A stretch of 44,973 bases of DNA from Blastocystis sp. subtype 4 (taxonomy: Eukaryota): NCBI RefSeq assembly GCF_000743755.1, contig NW_014569493.1, positions 1 to 44,973 of the forward strand, given 5' to 3'. The notes under the pieces were generated by a model. It was not told where the DNA came from. It was given only the letters and a program-made list of their open reading frames with translations, and made no database searches. Shown piece after piece: positions 13,187-23,721 of this stretch (within the stretch, counting starts at the first letter, position 1; every line of letters begins with the position of its first letter). The position numbers and the translations under genes are program-made.

Positions 13187-14257
13187 CTATTTGCATAAGT
13201 AGACCCGACCTTTGCTTGTATCTAATGAAACGACAGTAAATCGCCAAGTATCCCCCTGTCGGAATGCCTGACAATTAACAAGAGCTGAACTCTTTTTTCC
13301 TTGCATCTTGATCGAGAAATTCGCCCAATTCTCCTCGCTCTTTCCTGTCATCTGTCCTGCACTCTTTATTCCATCACCAAGGATATCTTTAGAGATGGCA
13401 TTCTCCTTCAACAAGACTAATAGACTCTGATAGGCAGAGCTTTGCTTTGGTGACTGACGGAAACTCATGATCATAACCGAAGAGATCACTCCCAATACCA
13501 GTCCACATCCAATTGCTAGACCAATTCGATAATACCATGGTTTATCAAGTAGGAAACCATACTTTGTTTCGCGTGGTTTATCTCCAGAAGTGGTTGTTTG
13601 GTCATTTGCTTCTTCCAAGATGGGTTGCTGCAAATCAACCTTGAATTCTCCATCATCAAAAATAGTAATTGTTGTGCTCCCCTCCTTCTCTCGATTCTCT
13701 GCAGTGACTTTTTCAAGGTCGTACTCAGTTTTGCTTCCTTCTCGAAGTTTCCCTGCTATGTCACTCAACCAGAAGTCCTACCCTCAACAGTCACGATCAC
13801 TTCTCCTTTAGGTCCACGCATCACAAAGTGCATTTCTGCTTGCCCAGATTTCATCTTTCCTTTGGCCATTCCCTTTTTCTTCACAGGAGTACCAGTAATG
13901 GCTAAAACTTCAGAACAGCTATTAACAGCAGTTACTGCTTCCTTGTAAATATTAGAATGCTACTCCTTATCAAGTTATATGAACATCTACTTGCAAAGAA
14001 TAGGAAATGACATAAAAGCAACCAACCAAACCTAGAGACGATAAAGTAAAGAAGGTAAAAGTGCGAGTAGGCAGACTGAAAGAGGATGTCGATGAGGCAA
14101 ATTGTCGACGAAATCCAGAAGTAACAAGTGGATTTGATCCATGAAGAGTTGGATAACAACAGTTGACAGTCTTCTGTCTCGCCAAGAAAGAACAGAAGTC
14201 CTTCCGAATAAAAGACGACTTTCGAGCAAACATCCCTATACTACGTAGAGAATACAT
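13187..14257 (-). CDS. mitochondrion-related-organelle protein with two tandem TM + Coa1/Tim21-like domains
   Basis: Arg/Ser-rich, acid-poor N-terminus resembling a presequence. Introns of 31 nt (13960-13990) and 26-29 nt (ending 13781) join TM-HSNIYKEAVTAVNSCSEVLAITGTPV..GQAEMHFVMRGPKG to TM-SSAYQSLLVLLKENAISKDILGDGI..NWANFSIKMQGKKSSA. Confidence 0.65.
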
Positions 14258-14313
14258 TGAATACCTCGTAATCCTAGGAATAAAAAAGGTATTCATGAAA
14301 AATAAAATTAGAA

Positions 14314-14386
14314 TGCCCCCTCGGGGAATCGAACCCCGGACCTTCCGCTTACAAGGCGGGTGCTCTACCAACTGAGCTAAAAAGGC
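14314..14386 (-). tRNA. tRNA-Thr(UGU)
   Basis: GCCTTTTTAGCTCAGTTGGTAGAGCACCCGCCTTGTAAGCGGAAGGTCCGGGGTTCGATTCCCCGAGGGGGCA folds as a cloverleaf with anticodon TGT and A/B boxes. An oligo-T tract follows. Confidence 0.92.
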
Positions 14387-14459
14387 TTCTGAAAGAAAAA
14401 AGGCCATGATCTATTTGATGGAAATATTTTTCCAATCTTACTAACGAGGCACTTGTGAG

Positions 14460-16528
14460 ATGAGAAATTCTGCCTATTTTAAGGAACGACTTGAGATAGA
14501 CGATTTTACATTGTTTTACGGAGATATGTCAATCAACTTCACTTTCGATCTATTAAGTCTTCATAATATACTTGACATATTTACAACTGTTTGCAATAGA
14601 GATTTGGTAGAACAAGAAGAGTATCAGAATTGAAATGCGAAGATTCCTTTCTTTGATATTTCTGCTTGCTGTTGTCTTTGCATCCGATGCTGAGTGTAGT
14701 GCTATGGATCAAAGCACTTTGACTGTACTGATGTCTATTTTGTTTGAATACATAGCTGAATGCCGGAGAGTCAAAGACGATATGTCTAGATAGCAGTTAT
14801 CGACTTCGTGACATCTGGAGTCTTCGCATTGTGAATATCACGACTTCTCAGGAGTTGCCTTCGTTTACTGTGGACAGTCCAGACAGTTCATCGATTCGTA
14901 TGATTACTTTCCTGATTGGAAAGCTCTCTGGGTCTTTGGTCTTCTTTAAGTATTTAGTTATAGAAGAAGAGGATTTAATACTAATGAACTCTATGATATG
15001 AACAAGAACAAAGCAGAAAAAAGAACAACCGTGTATCTCTCTCCCTATGGGACAACATGCTTCAATATTACATGTCATCCAAAGTACAAGACTCAGGGAC
15101 TTGATGTGACTATTACAAGCACTACAGGTAAGTGTCCTCTTGTATCTTGAGTGTAGTTTTTGATATATACTGCCCAATTAAATTGGTGATTGGAATGACC
15201 ATTCTTTTGCTCTCTTCCAAGTACTTTTTATCTAGGAGTATAATCTAGATTGAGTAAATCAAAGTCATTTTATTACATCACTGCAGCTTCTCTATCAGCA
15301 ATGATTGGACTGTTATTGATAATATTCTACATCATGAAACGGTATTCAATTCATTGTCGAATGATTCCAAGCATGCAAGCTAGCAATACATCAATGAGTG
15401 TTGTTGCTGTAGCGTATTCACTCACCTTATCATCATTATTCAAACGTTCAGTGATTACTGTTGTATGGAGATTGTGCATGGAACACTATCGAATTGTTTT
15501 AATGTATGGTTTGATTGCTTTCCCTCACAAGATATACAATAATCTTTGCTTTTATTGGAATCATCGTTGTTCGGTTGAAAATCTTCTCTACTCCTTCATC
15601 AAATCCTACCTCTCTCTTTGAAGTTGTTCGTTGGGCTCTGTTAATTGTTTCGATTTCTCTCGTTTTCAACTCAACAGATTCGGTGTGTGGTTCTCTGGTT
15701 TCATTTCTTTTGATGTGGTTCTTGATCGATGTGATGCGAATGGTTCTGAGATATGTGTACCAATGCCCTCTATCTCTCACTTATTAGCCAGAATCGCTTC
15801 AATGCTCTTCGCTTCAAGTTCTTCCCACCTAAACGTTGGTATATGATTGGTTGATTCCCATAGATGTGTTTAAGAGTCTTGAACAATATGAAGAAGAGAA
15901 ACAGAAGAATACACGGATGGAGATGGAACGACTTCGTAATCGTCTTCTCAATGTAGCATAAGGCGAGGGATGTTAGACTAGAAACCCGACCTATTGAATC
16001 GACTTACAAGTTGTCCAAAGGGAACACTAATTCAATTCTTAGCATCTGGATTTGATGTGATTGATACAGTAAGCATTGGTGAGGAATGGGATGTAGACAT
16101 CTTCAGTTCAGGAGGTAGTTGCAATGCTACAGAAGAATGGAAATCAACCAGATCAGTCTATGAGGGATTATGTGTATCAGCAGCGGAACAACCAGGATCT
16201 ATTTTTCCAAAATGGAGAATATGCACAAATGGGGTCTAATGACGTGTTTATGACGGAAGAGGATGCAAATCGCTCGTTAATTATCCAGCCAGATGTGTAT
16301 AGTGAGGATGAAGATGATTTCGTTGCTGTTCCCAAGAATCAGGATATATATGCATATGACAGTGATCAGGGCGAAACTAGATTCTTTATTTCTCCTCGAA
16401 GGGAGAATCGAAACCTACGGTCTCCAAGTAGATCTGGTTTGACGAACCGTAGTCAACGTCGAGAAACAATAGCTTCTGAGAACCAGCTACATAGCGTAGC
16501 TCCTCCTACCAGTAATGCTTGGACATAA
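14460..16528 (+). CDS. NEMP/TMEM194-family nuclear envelope membrane protein (multi-exon)
   Basis: Multi-TM block starting LSKSKSFYYITAASLSAMIGLLLIIFYIMKR, then FKSLEQYEEEKQKNTRMEMERLR..LNRLTSCPKGTLIQFLASG, which matches the NEMP LTEEEY...T..L..LR...RF..F..G tail. Exon boundaries are approximate. Confidence 0.7.
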
Positions 16529-16569
16529 GTACCTTTTTTTTAATAATGTTTGTTGAAATTGAGTGGTGT

Positions 16570-16642
16570 GCCTCAATAGCTCAGTTGGTAGAGCATCCGC
16601 TTCGTAAGCGGCAGGTCGTGTGTTCGAATCCCACTTGGGGCT
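16570..16642 (+). tRNA. tRNA-Thr(CGU)
   Basis: GCCTCAATAGCTCAGTTGGTAGAGCATCCGCTTCGTAAGCGGCAGGTCGTGTGTTCGAATCCCACTTGGGGCT has anticodon CGT and one T-stem mismatch. T4 tracts follow. Confidence 0.92.
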
Positions 16643-16810
16643 CTTTTCTCTTTTGTCAATGAATGGGACTGTTATATGTTTTATGCATCTATCAGTGAAT
16701 AAGGGCAATTTTTTCACAGTTCATGTAGCCGAGAGTGATAACCAAATTAAACTGAACAGGAATACGCCATATTTCTGGAATTACTTTATGAAGGTTTGGA
16801 CGACTAGAAA

Positions 16811-18379
16811 ATGTTTCTGGGTTCGCGGCGTTCCAAGAAGAGTGATTCTCTTCTTGCTATTGACTTCGGTTCCTCCAATTCAGTTGCTTGTTTGTTTAGG
16901 AATGGACAGGTACAATTGGTTGCTGATAACACCGAGTCAGGTGTTAATGTGTTCCCCTCATTTGTTGAATACAAAGGAGACGAAGTTCTGACAGGCACAA
17001 TTGCTAAGAAGAGACGACTTCAAGGAGCCAAATACTGTGTTGGTTGCATCAAAAGACTTCTTGGACTTACATGGGAGGACTATGAGGCTCTTGAGAATAA
17101 GGATGTTTTTGGATGTGAAGTAGTTCGTGGAGATGATGGTTATCCTCAATTCATTGTCTCGGATAGTGGTCGTCAAGTGAGTGCTATTGAAGTGGCTTCT
17201 GAACTTTTCCGTAAGATCAAAGCTGATGCTGACCGTCGTAATGGAGCTCCAATTTCCGAATGTTACGTTACAGTTCCTGCAAATTACAAGGATCATCAGC
17301 GAGAAGCGATCAAGGCTGCTGCTCGAGATGCTGGATTGACTGTGAATGCGATTGTTATTGAACCAACTGCTGCAGCCATGTCATGGTGTCTCGATCATGA
17401 GAAGTCACTGTCTGTTGGTGAGAAGATGTTGGTAGTTGATTTTGGAGGTGGTACATTTGACCTCTCGTTATTGAAGTGTGATGGTAATGGTAGTTTCTCT
17501 GTAATGGATACAAATGGTGATCCTAAGATGGGAGGAAATGACGTTGATATTGAGATAGCCAAGGAAGTGTGTAAGATGGTTAAGAATACCGAAGGTATAT
17601 CGTTTAATCCTTTGAAGACGAAGAAGAAAATGCGATTTCTGGCAGTATGTGAAGAAGCCAAAATTCAGTTGGCGACTAATAAGGCGACTGAGATTGATTT
17701 GAGTGACTTCAATCCAGATCTTGATGAAATCACATTCACGCAACAACAGTTGAACGATATTGTAAAACGTTTGTTCATGAAACGGATTGATGAATGTATT
17801 AGTCGTATTACAAACAAGCCAGATCGAACTATTGGCGTAATCAAGAAGGTGTTTATGGTTGGAGGATCATCTCAACTTCAGGCTGTAAGAGAGGGAGTGA
17901 AGAAATGTTTCCCTCATGCTGTATTCCCTGATATCAATCCCGAAACAAGTGTTGCGGAGGGCGCTCTAGGAATCGCTCGAGGTGGTGTTGTTCATGAGAT
18001 TATCAATTTCTCTTTTGGTCTTCTAGCAGGAAATGACGTAGTGATGCTTTTGAACAAAGGAACTCGTATTCCTTGCGAAAGTGGACCAATCACCTTTTGC
18101 AACAGTACGGATTACCCTGAGAAGATCTTCTCTGCTATTTATCAATGGAATGGATCTGATTCTAATCAGTCGGGTCGTGTAATGAAGCCAATGAATGAGT
18201 GCACAAAAGTACGAGAGTATTCGTTTATGAATGACAATCCTTTACCTAAAGGACAACAGATATTTGATATTGTATTCCGTTTGGAATTTGGTGGTACACT
18301 GGAAGTCATTTGCAAGGATAAGAACACGGGTAGAATTCTGAATAGAGAAGTATACAAGTCGCTTGTGGCTCGTGAATAG
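16811..18379 (+). CDS. atypical Hsp70-family protein (ATPase domain plus short divergent substrate domain, no lid/EEVD), intronless
   Basis: Motifs AIDFGSSNS, VTVPANY, EPTAAA, VVDFGGGTFDLS, GGNDVD, VFMVGGSSQL, VAEGA. Only 522 aa. TGTTTGTT lies 7 nt after the stop. Confidence 0.9.
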   Translation: MFLGSRRSKKSDSLLAIDFGSSNSVACLFRNGQVQLVADNTESGVNVFPSFVEYKGDEVLTGTIAKKRRLQGAKYCVGCIKRLLGLTWEDYEALENKDVFGCEVVRGDDGYPQFIVSDSGRQVSAIEVASELFRKIKADADRRNGAPISECYVTVPANYKDHQREAIKAAARDAGLTVNAIVIEPTAAAMSWCLDHEKSLSVGEKMLVVDFGGGTFDLSLLKCDGNGSFSVMDTNGDPKMGGNDVDIEIAKEVCKMVKNTEGISFNPLKTKKKMRFLAVCEEAKIQLATNKATEIDLSDFNPDLDEITFTQQQLNDIVKRLFMKRIDECISRITNKPDRTIGVIKKVFMVGGSSQLQAVREGVKKCFPHAVFPDINPETSVAEGALGIARGGVVHEIINFSFGLLAGNDVVMLLNKGTRIPCESGPITFCNSTDYPEKIFSAIYQWNGSDSNQSGRVMKPMNECTKVREYSFMNDNPLPKGQQIFDIVFRLEFGGTLEVICKDKNTGRILNREVYKSLVARE

Positions 18380-18511
18380 GTTGAATTGTTTGTTGATGTG
18401 TCACAATTGGTATTAGAACGAGTGAACAACTCCATAAAGAAGGAATATCAATTAAACTGAATTTACGCCATTATCCGAATTGCGGCATTCGTTGCCAATA
18501 ACAAAACCTAA

Positions 18512-20053
18512 ATGAATCTTGAAGATACTATCGCCATCGACTTTGGAAGCACCAATTCCGCAGTTTTTGTTTTCAGATATGGGCGATGTGAACAATTAGC
18601 GAATAACGATACAACTGGTGAATATCAGTTTCCATCGTTTGTGGAATATACAAAGTCATCTGTTGTCACAGGTTTATCTGCTAAGAGGAATATGGGAAGG
18701 ACGAAACACTATGTTGTAGCTTGTGTAAAACGTCTTATTGGATTAACATATGATGAATACGAGAAACTGGAAAATAAGGATATTTTTGGATGTGAAGTCG
18801 TTCGTGGAGAGGATGGCTATCCTCGCTTCATTGTCTCGGATAGTGGCCGTCAAGTGGGATGCATTGAAGTAGCATCGGAATTATTCAAGACAATTAAACG
18901 CGAAGCAGATAGCTATTGTGACCATCCGATAACTTCTGTGTATTTAACAGTTCCAGTTCTGTACAACGAGGCACAAACGGTTGCTATTAAAGAGGCGAGT
19001 CGCTTAGCTGGACTAGAGATTGTGAGAACGATGGACGAACCTACTGCAGCTGCTCTTTCTTGGTGTATGGATCATCCAACCGAAGTTCATCCAAAGGAAC
19101 GAATGCTCATTTTTGATTTTGGAGGAGGCACTTTCGATGTGTCCTGTTTGGAGTGTCAGGATGCTACCCATTTCAAGGTCTGTCGCCGCGATGGCGAACC
19201 ATGCCTTGGAGGCAATGATGTTGATTCAGCCCTTATGCAATACTCACTGAAACGATACAAATTACTTACACAAAGTGAACTGCTGGATTCTGCAAGTCAA
19301 AAGTACAAAACCAAGTTAGTGAAATTGCGTAGTATATGTGAGGAGGTCAAACGGAGCATCTCCGCGAATGGTCCTCACGAATTGGATACGAGTGACGTAG
19401 GTGGATCGATCTCGATCCCAATCACAGATACTGATTTGAAGGAGGCCATTCGGCCATTGATCAAACAAACAATTGACTGTGTGAAAAGGATTACAAATGA
19501 AGATGGCTTTAATCCTGGTCATATTCGTCATGTTTTCTTCGTAGGAGGATCCTCGAATTTGCGTGCTGTTCGTGAAGAGGTGAGAAACATGTTCCAAAGT
19601 TCTAATTTCCCTGAAGTTAATCCCTATTCATGTGTGGCGAGAGGAGCTGCCTATTTGGCTCTGCTCAGTCAAACCAATAGAGGTGATATTTTTCGTGTCC
19701 CAATTAAATGCTCGTATGGAATTGAAGGCGGAGACAAAGTGTTGATTTTACTACGTACTTCACAGATGATTCCCTGTGATTCAAGTGCTGTTACGGTAGA
19801 ACTTACAGACAAAACTGCAAGAGCTATCAAGTCTGGTATTTATCAGTGGTCCGGTGAGGTGACACAAGAAGCTCGGCTTCTAAAGGACATTGGAGAATGT
19901 GTATCCCTTGGTGCTTTTTCGATCCCTATTCCTTCCAGTACAGAGAGGTACGAGTTGTTGTTGCATATGGAAAACGAAAAAGAGATAGAAGTCATTTGCA
20001 GGAGAAAGACAACGAAGGAGACTGTTGGTAGCTGTAAATTCAACCTAAGCTAG
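18512..20053 (+). CDS. atypical Hsp70-family protein, tandem paralogue, intronless
   Basis: Motifs AIDFGSTNS, LTVPVLY, DEPTAAA, IFDFGGGTFDVS, GGNDVD, FFVGGSSNL, VARGAA. 513 aa. TGTTTGTT lies 6 nt after the stop. Confidence 0.9.
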   Translation: MNLEDTIAIDFGSTNSAVFVFRYGRCEQLANNDTTGEYQFPSFVEYTKSSVVTGLSAKRNMGRTKHYVVACVKRLIGLTYDEYEKLENKDIFGCEVVRGEDGYPRFIVSDSGRQVGCIEVASELFKTIKREADSYCDHPITSVYLTVPVLYNEAQTVAIKEASRLAGLEIVRTMDEPTAAALSWCMDHPTEVHPKERMLIFDFGGGTFDVSCLECQDATHFKVCRRDGEPCLGGNDVDSALMQYSLKRYKLLTQSELLDSASQKYKTKLVKLRSICEEVKRSISANGPHELDTSDVGGSISIPITDTDLKEAIRPLIKQTIDCVKRITNEDGFNPGHIRHVFFVGGSSNLRAVREEVRNMFQSSNFPEVNPYSCVARGAAYLALLSQTNRGDIFRVPIKCSYGIEGGDKVLILLRTSQMIPCDSSAVTVELTDKTARAIKSGIYQWSGEVTQEARLLKDIGECVSLGAFSIPIPSSTERYELLLHMENEKEIEVICRRKTTKETVGSCKFNLS

Positions 20054-20117
20054 ATGAAGTGTTTGTTAAAATTCCCGTGGGAGTGTCGTTTGACATTTCC
20101 TCATAATTGAACAATTG

Positions 20118-21113
20118 ATGAGAAAGAAAAGTAATCCATCAACAGAAAAAGCAGTCTCGACTCCCAGAATCGAAGAATCTGAAGAATCGAAGGAACTAGC
20201 TCTCCAAGTACAATTGGTGAATGAACGACAGATCACTGAAGGCCAGAAGGTATTAATGGTGAAGTTACCATCTATGATTTCTCGCTTAAGTGAGTACATC
20301 CAAGTGAGTTATAATATCATTGCTGTTGATTCTATAGAATCAGTCATTGTTTTCGGCTTCGTTATGTAACATTTCCAAGATGATTACGATTAATAACGAG
20401 GAATGTGACAGTAAGGTTCGGAGAATCGGAAAGGAAGTGAAGAAGTACAATAGACGATTGGAAAAGGACTTTGGAAAGTGGAGGGAAGAAGAAAGAGTTA
20501 TTTGTTCTGAAATAGATCCTTCAAGCGGTAAAAATAGTTCTAATGATGATCATAAACCAAAACGTATTCATCTAAGTAAGATCACATTTCATGACGAGTA
20601 CGAGTTTCCGATCAATCCAGTAGTGTGTGATATTCGTATTTGAGTATGTAGTTACTAGTTGAGATGACAGATTACCTGAAGAAGGAGATTCGTGATTCCA
20701 TATCCATCTTCAATTCTCTCCGATTATGGATTATGTTAAAGGTTCCTCGGATGGAAGATGGTAACAACTTCGGAGTGTCAATCCAAAAGGAATGTATCAA
20801 ACGCTTAGTAGATGCTCAAGATCAAGTGGTATATATGTTAGACTGTATTTCTCAATATTACAAGAATCGTGGTGAGGCCGTAACAAATGTATGATTTCCT
20901 TGTGTTGGTGATTTGTAGATGATATCTAATTGCGATGTATTGGATTATCGACAATTAGTGGTAGAAATTGATGAGACTCAGTTCTACACCCTCAAATTGT
21001 TTATTAAGACGTTTCTGAATATTTGTCTTTCGATATATGATATGTGTTTGAAGAATCTTGACCGTCTCCAGAATCCCCGCAGTAGTACTGATTCCATTTC
21101 ATCGTTCTTTTAA
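20118..21113 (+). CDS. proteasome activator PA28/REG (PSME3-like), multi-exon
   Basis: Activation-loop signature LWIMLKVPRMEDGNNFGVSIQ, plus DYRQLVVEIDE and YDMCLKNLDRLQNPR. Confidence 0.92.
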
Positions 21114-21173
21114 TGTCTTTTATTGTATGTTTTTTTATATCAACAGAACTCGATCATTTCAAATCATCAGTGA

Positions 21174-22821
21174 ATGCAAACTCGACATAAGCAAATTGTA
21201 ATCTCTCTCTGTTTCTTTTTCTGTAGAAATTCACTGATGTTGGAGTTGAGAAGACAGGAGATTTGAGAAAGGAAGGAAGGATAGCACAAATGGAAAAGAA
21301 CCTGGCTCGTAATGGTATTCTGTTGAATTTAGTGTGTAGGTCAAGAGAGTGACTCAATTAGATCTGGTTCGGCAATCACTTCACTTCCGGATTCATCTTC
21401 TCCAAAGAATATGTCTCTTTCGAATTCACATTTGTTTGTATCTTCTTTATCCAATTGCGAGTTGGAGATTCTTTCTTGTTTCCTTTTCCATTGCGGACCT
21501 TTTCTTCATATTGTAATCAAGAATATCAACATTTATCGGTCCGAATGTTCTATGTGTCAAGTAACCCCTGTTAAACGTTTGTCTCAGTAACGTCCACATA
21601 CTTGAACTGATGTTTAGAAAGCGAGTAAGACGACTGAAGAAAGACTCGCCTCCTCAAGAGGGAACATCAAATCCACCTACATTTCTTGCACCGGAATTGT
21701 TTATTGAACAGGAACTACTCAAAGGTAACATAATTCCCGCGTTGCTGGATGTACCTACTTTGACAAGCGAGCCTATCAAGTCTACTTCTGTGGAAGAGGG
21801 AGCAGCAGAACGAAATGGAACAACTTCTCATGACGGTTTGGTGGATGCCTCCTCTCCAACTCCATCTACGTTGTTTTTGGACAGTCCATCACAGATTAAT
21901 CCAGAAGCTGTGTTTACAGATATGGGAGTGAAAATTATTGGAACAAGGAAACATGAGAAGAAATGGACAGATGTATCTCCGCGAGAACTGTCCCTCTTCC
22001 TTGCCTCATTGTTTAATGATACTTCAGAAGGACGATATTTAGTTAATAATGCCTTTCTTCCTCCTCGTGAATCAGAGCAAGGAATGGATGAGACTGATGA
22101 TTCCATTTATTTGGGAGAACTTCGTGGTCTTTCTCGAGATCGTAGTTTGCAGATCCGTCGAACCTTACATTTTCCGGAGATTGGAATGGGAATTGAAGAT
22201 ATTGTGGACAAGTACAATCAGAACATTGGTAGCAGTGATCAGACATATGAAGATCAGTCTTTGGATGTTCCGTTCCCTAGTGACCCCGGTTATTGGAAAT
22301 CCGTTTTAAGTGATTATTTGGTCTGCTCTGATATATGTGTTGATCTGTCTCAGGCTCTAACATATATGGAATTGAGGAGAATTAAGTTGGATGAGAGACA
22401 GTTGTCTTTGTTGCGGGTATTTCGGAAAGGTCATCGTTATGTGGAAGTGGTATTCTGGTTTGTGTGCCAGTTATATGTCAATTTGGCTTTCAAATCATTT
22501 TCGCTTTCTCATGACGATATATCAAAAGATGAATTTCTTGAAATGCTAATTCGAGGATTATACTGGGTTAATATGACTTCTCTATCACAAGTTCTACTGG
22601 AAGATGTTCATTATCTTGTTCGAGTAAAACGAAAAGCAAGTAAACAGAAGGAGAGAAAGTTGTGTTGTGTTTGCTCTCCGAAGGGATCAGCGTCGAAGAA
22701 GCGAACAGAATTCTTGTGCTTGAAGTGTAATCTTCCCTTTTGTAACTCTGTCCAGTGTTTTGCTGAATATCATAAAAACCAGGGAATAAGATTTTATCGG
22801 TATACAAATGGAGAACATTGA
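21174..22821 (+). CDS. piggyBac-transposase-derived protein (degenerate, catalytic core largely missing, C-terminal Cys-rich domain intact)
   Basis: Three short introns (21198-21226, ~21309-21339, 21587-21617) extend the 21610 ORF. Motifs WTDVSPRELSLFLASL, LSRDRSLQIRRTLHF and RKGHRYVEVVFWFVCQLYVNLAF. C-terminal CCVC..KRTEFLCLKCNLPFCNSVQCFAEYH. Confidence 0.7.
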
Positions 22822-22899
22822 GTCTTGTTTGTTCGATTCGTTTTACAAATTCTTTCAGTTCATTGGTTGCCCAAATTCTAGTTCTTCATTATCTTTGCA

Positions 22900-23640
22900 A
22901 TGAGCGAGTATGATAGTCTTGATGCTCTTTTAAAACCCACAAAGAAGAATCGTAAATTGCTCGTTCCACTGTTTATCAGTATCTTGTGTCTTGATCTCTT
23001 CTTTGGATGGATTCTTGGGTTAAATGCTCGGTATGTCGAGGTAGCTATCTTTTAGCAGCACTCATTGGTAGGAAACAAATGATATTCTCTTAACGGAACC
23101 TACAAGTCATACTGTTGTTGTACTTCTTACATATAGAATGGAACAAAACGATTATGATCCTCCGTGTATTGATGTTCCTCTCAGGATGTGTCGGACTTAC
23201 GGCGAAAACGGTAGATTTTGTCTTCTCCATTGATTGTAGCCCTTACCACTGAGTATATGCTGTTCTTGTGCCTTTGGTTCGTTTATTCTGTTTATCATCG
23301 TCAATTTCTTCATTATGTTCATGTCTCCTGACAAACAATGTATATGACATATTGGAAATATGATTGGAAGGTACAGTGATAGCGGCTCTTTTGTTTGCAT
23401 TGGAAATACTGTCGATGACATTTATTGTCGGTCTGTCTATTATTTTAATCTATCAACAATACGGTATCCTTGTTTGACCATGGGTAAAGGGTAGTGAAGG
23501 AAGATGATTCTCGGGTAAGCTTAGATATGAAGGACCCAGAGTCAACTATGAGTCGTAATCTCATGCGGAGTGTCTTGCACATCATTCCGGGAATCGGTTT
23601 ATTTTCACGAAAAATCGTTGAATGGACGAAGGAGGAATAA
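22900..23640 (+). CDS. small multi-pass (about 4 TM) membrane protein of unknown function, multi-exon
   Basis: Spliced hydrophobic segments LLVPLFISILCLDLFFGWILG, TIMILRVLMFLSGCVGL, CAFGSFILFIIVNFFIMF and VIAALLFALEILSMTFIVGLSIILIY. Ends RKIVEWTKEE* at 23640. Confidence 0.65.
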
Positions 23641-23721
23641 AAGTTGTAAGCTTAGAGTGTTGAGTTTTGTTATTAACCACATTGTGTATTTCATAACTAT
23701 CCTGGATTCACATTATTGTGT

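Noticed and set aside
13970..14407. ORFs extending through the tRNA genes (13970-14407, 14163-14375, 16487-16717, 16620-16991)
   Set aside because: The tRNA-overlapping parts are translations of tRNA sequence. The real Coa1-like start lies downstream of the tRNA, at about 14257.
14314..16642. Segment bounded by two tRNA-Thr genes as an integrated element
   Set aside because: The tRNAs are full-length, different isoacceptors in opposite orientation, and the enclosed gene is an ordinary intron-rich NEMP homologue with no integrase.
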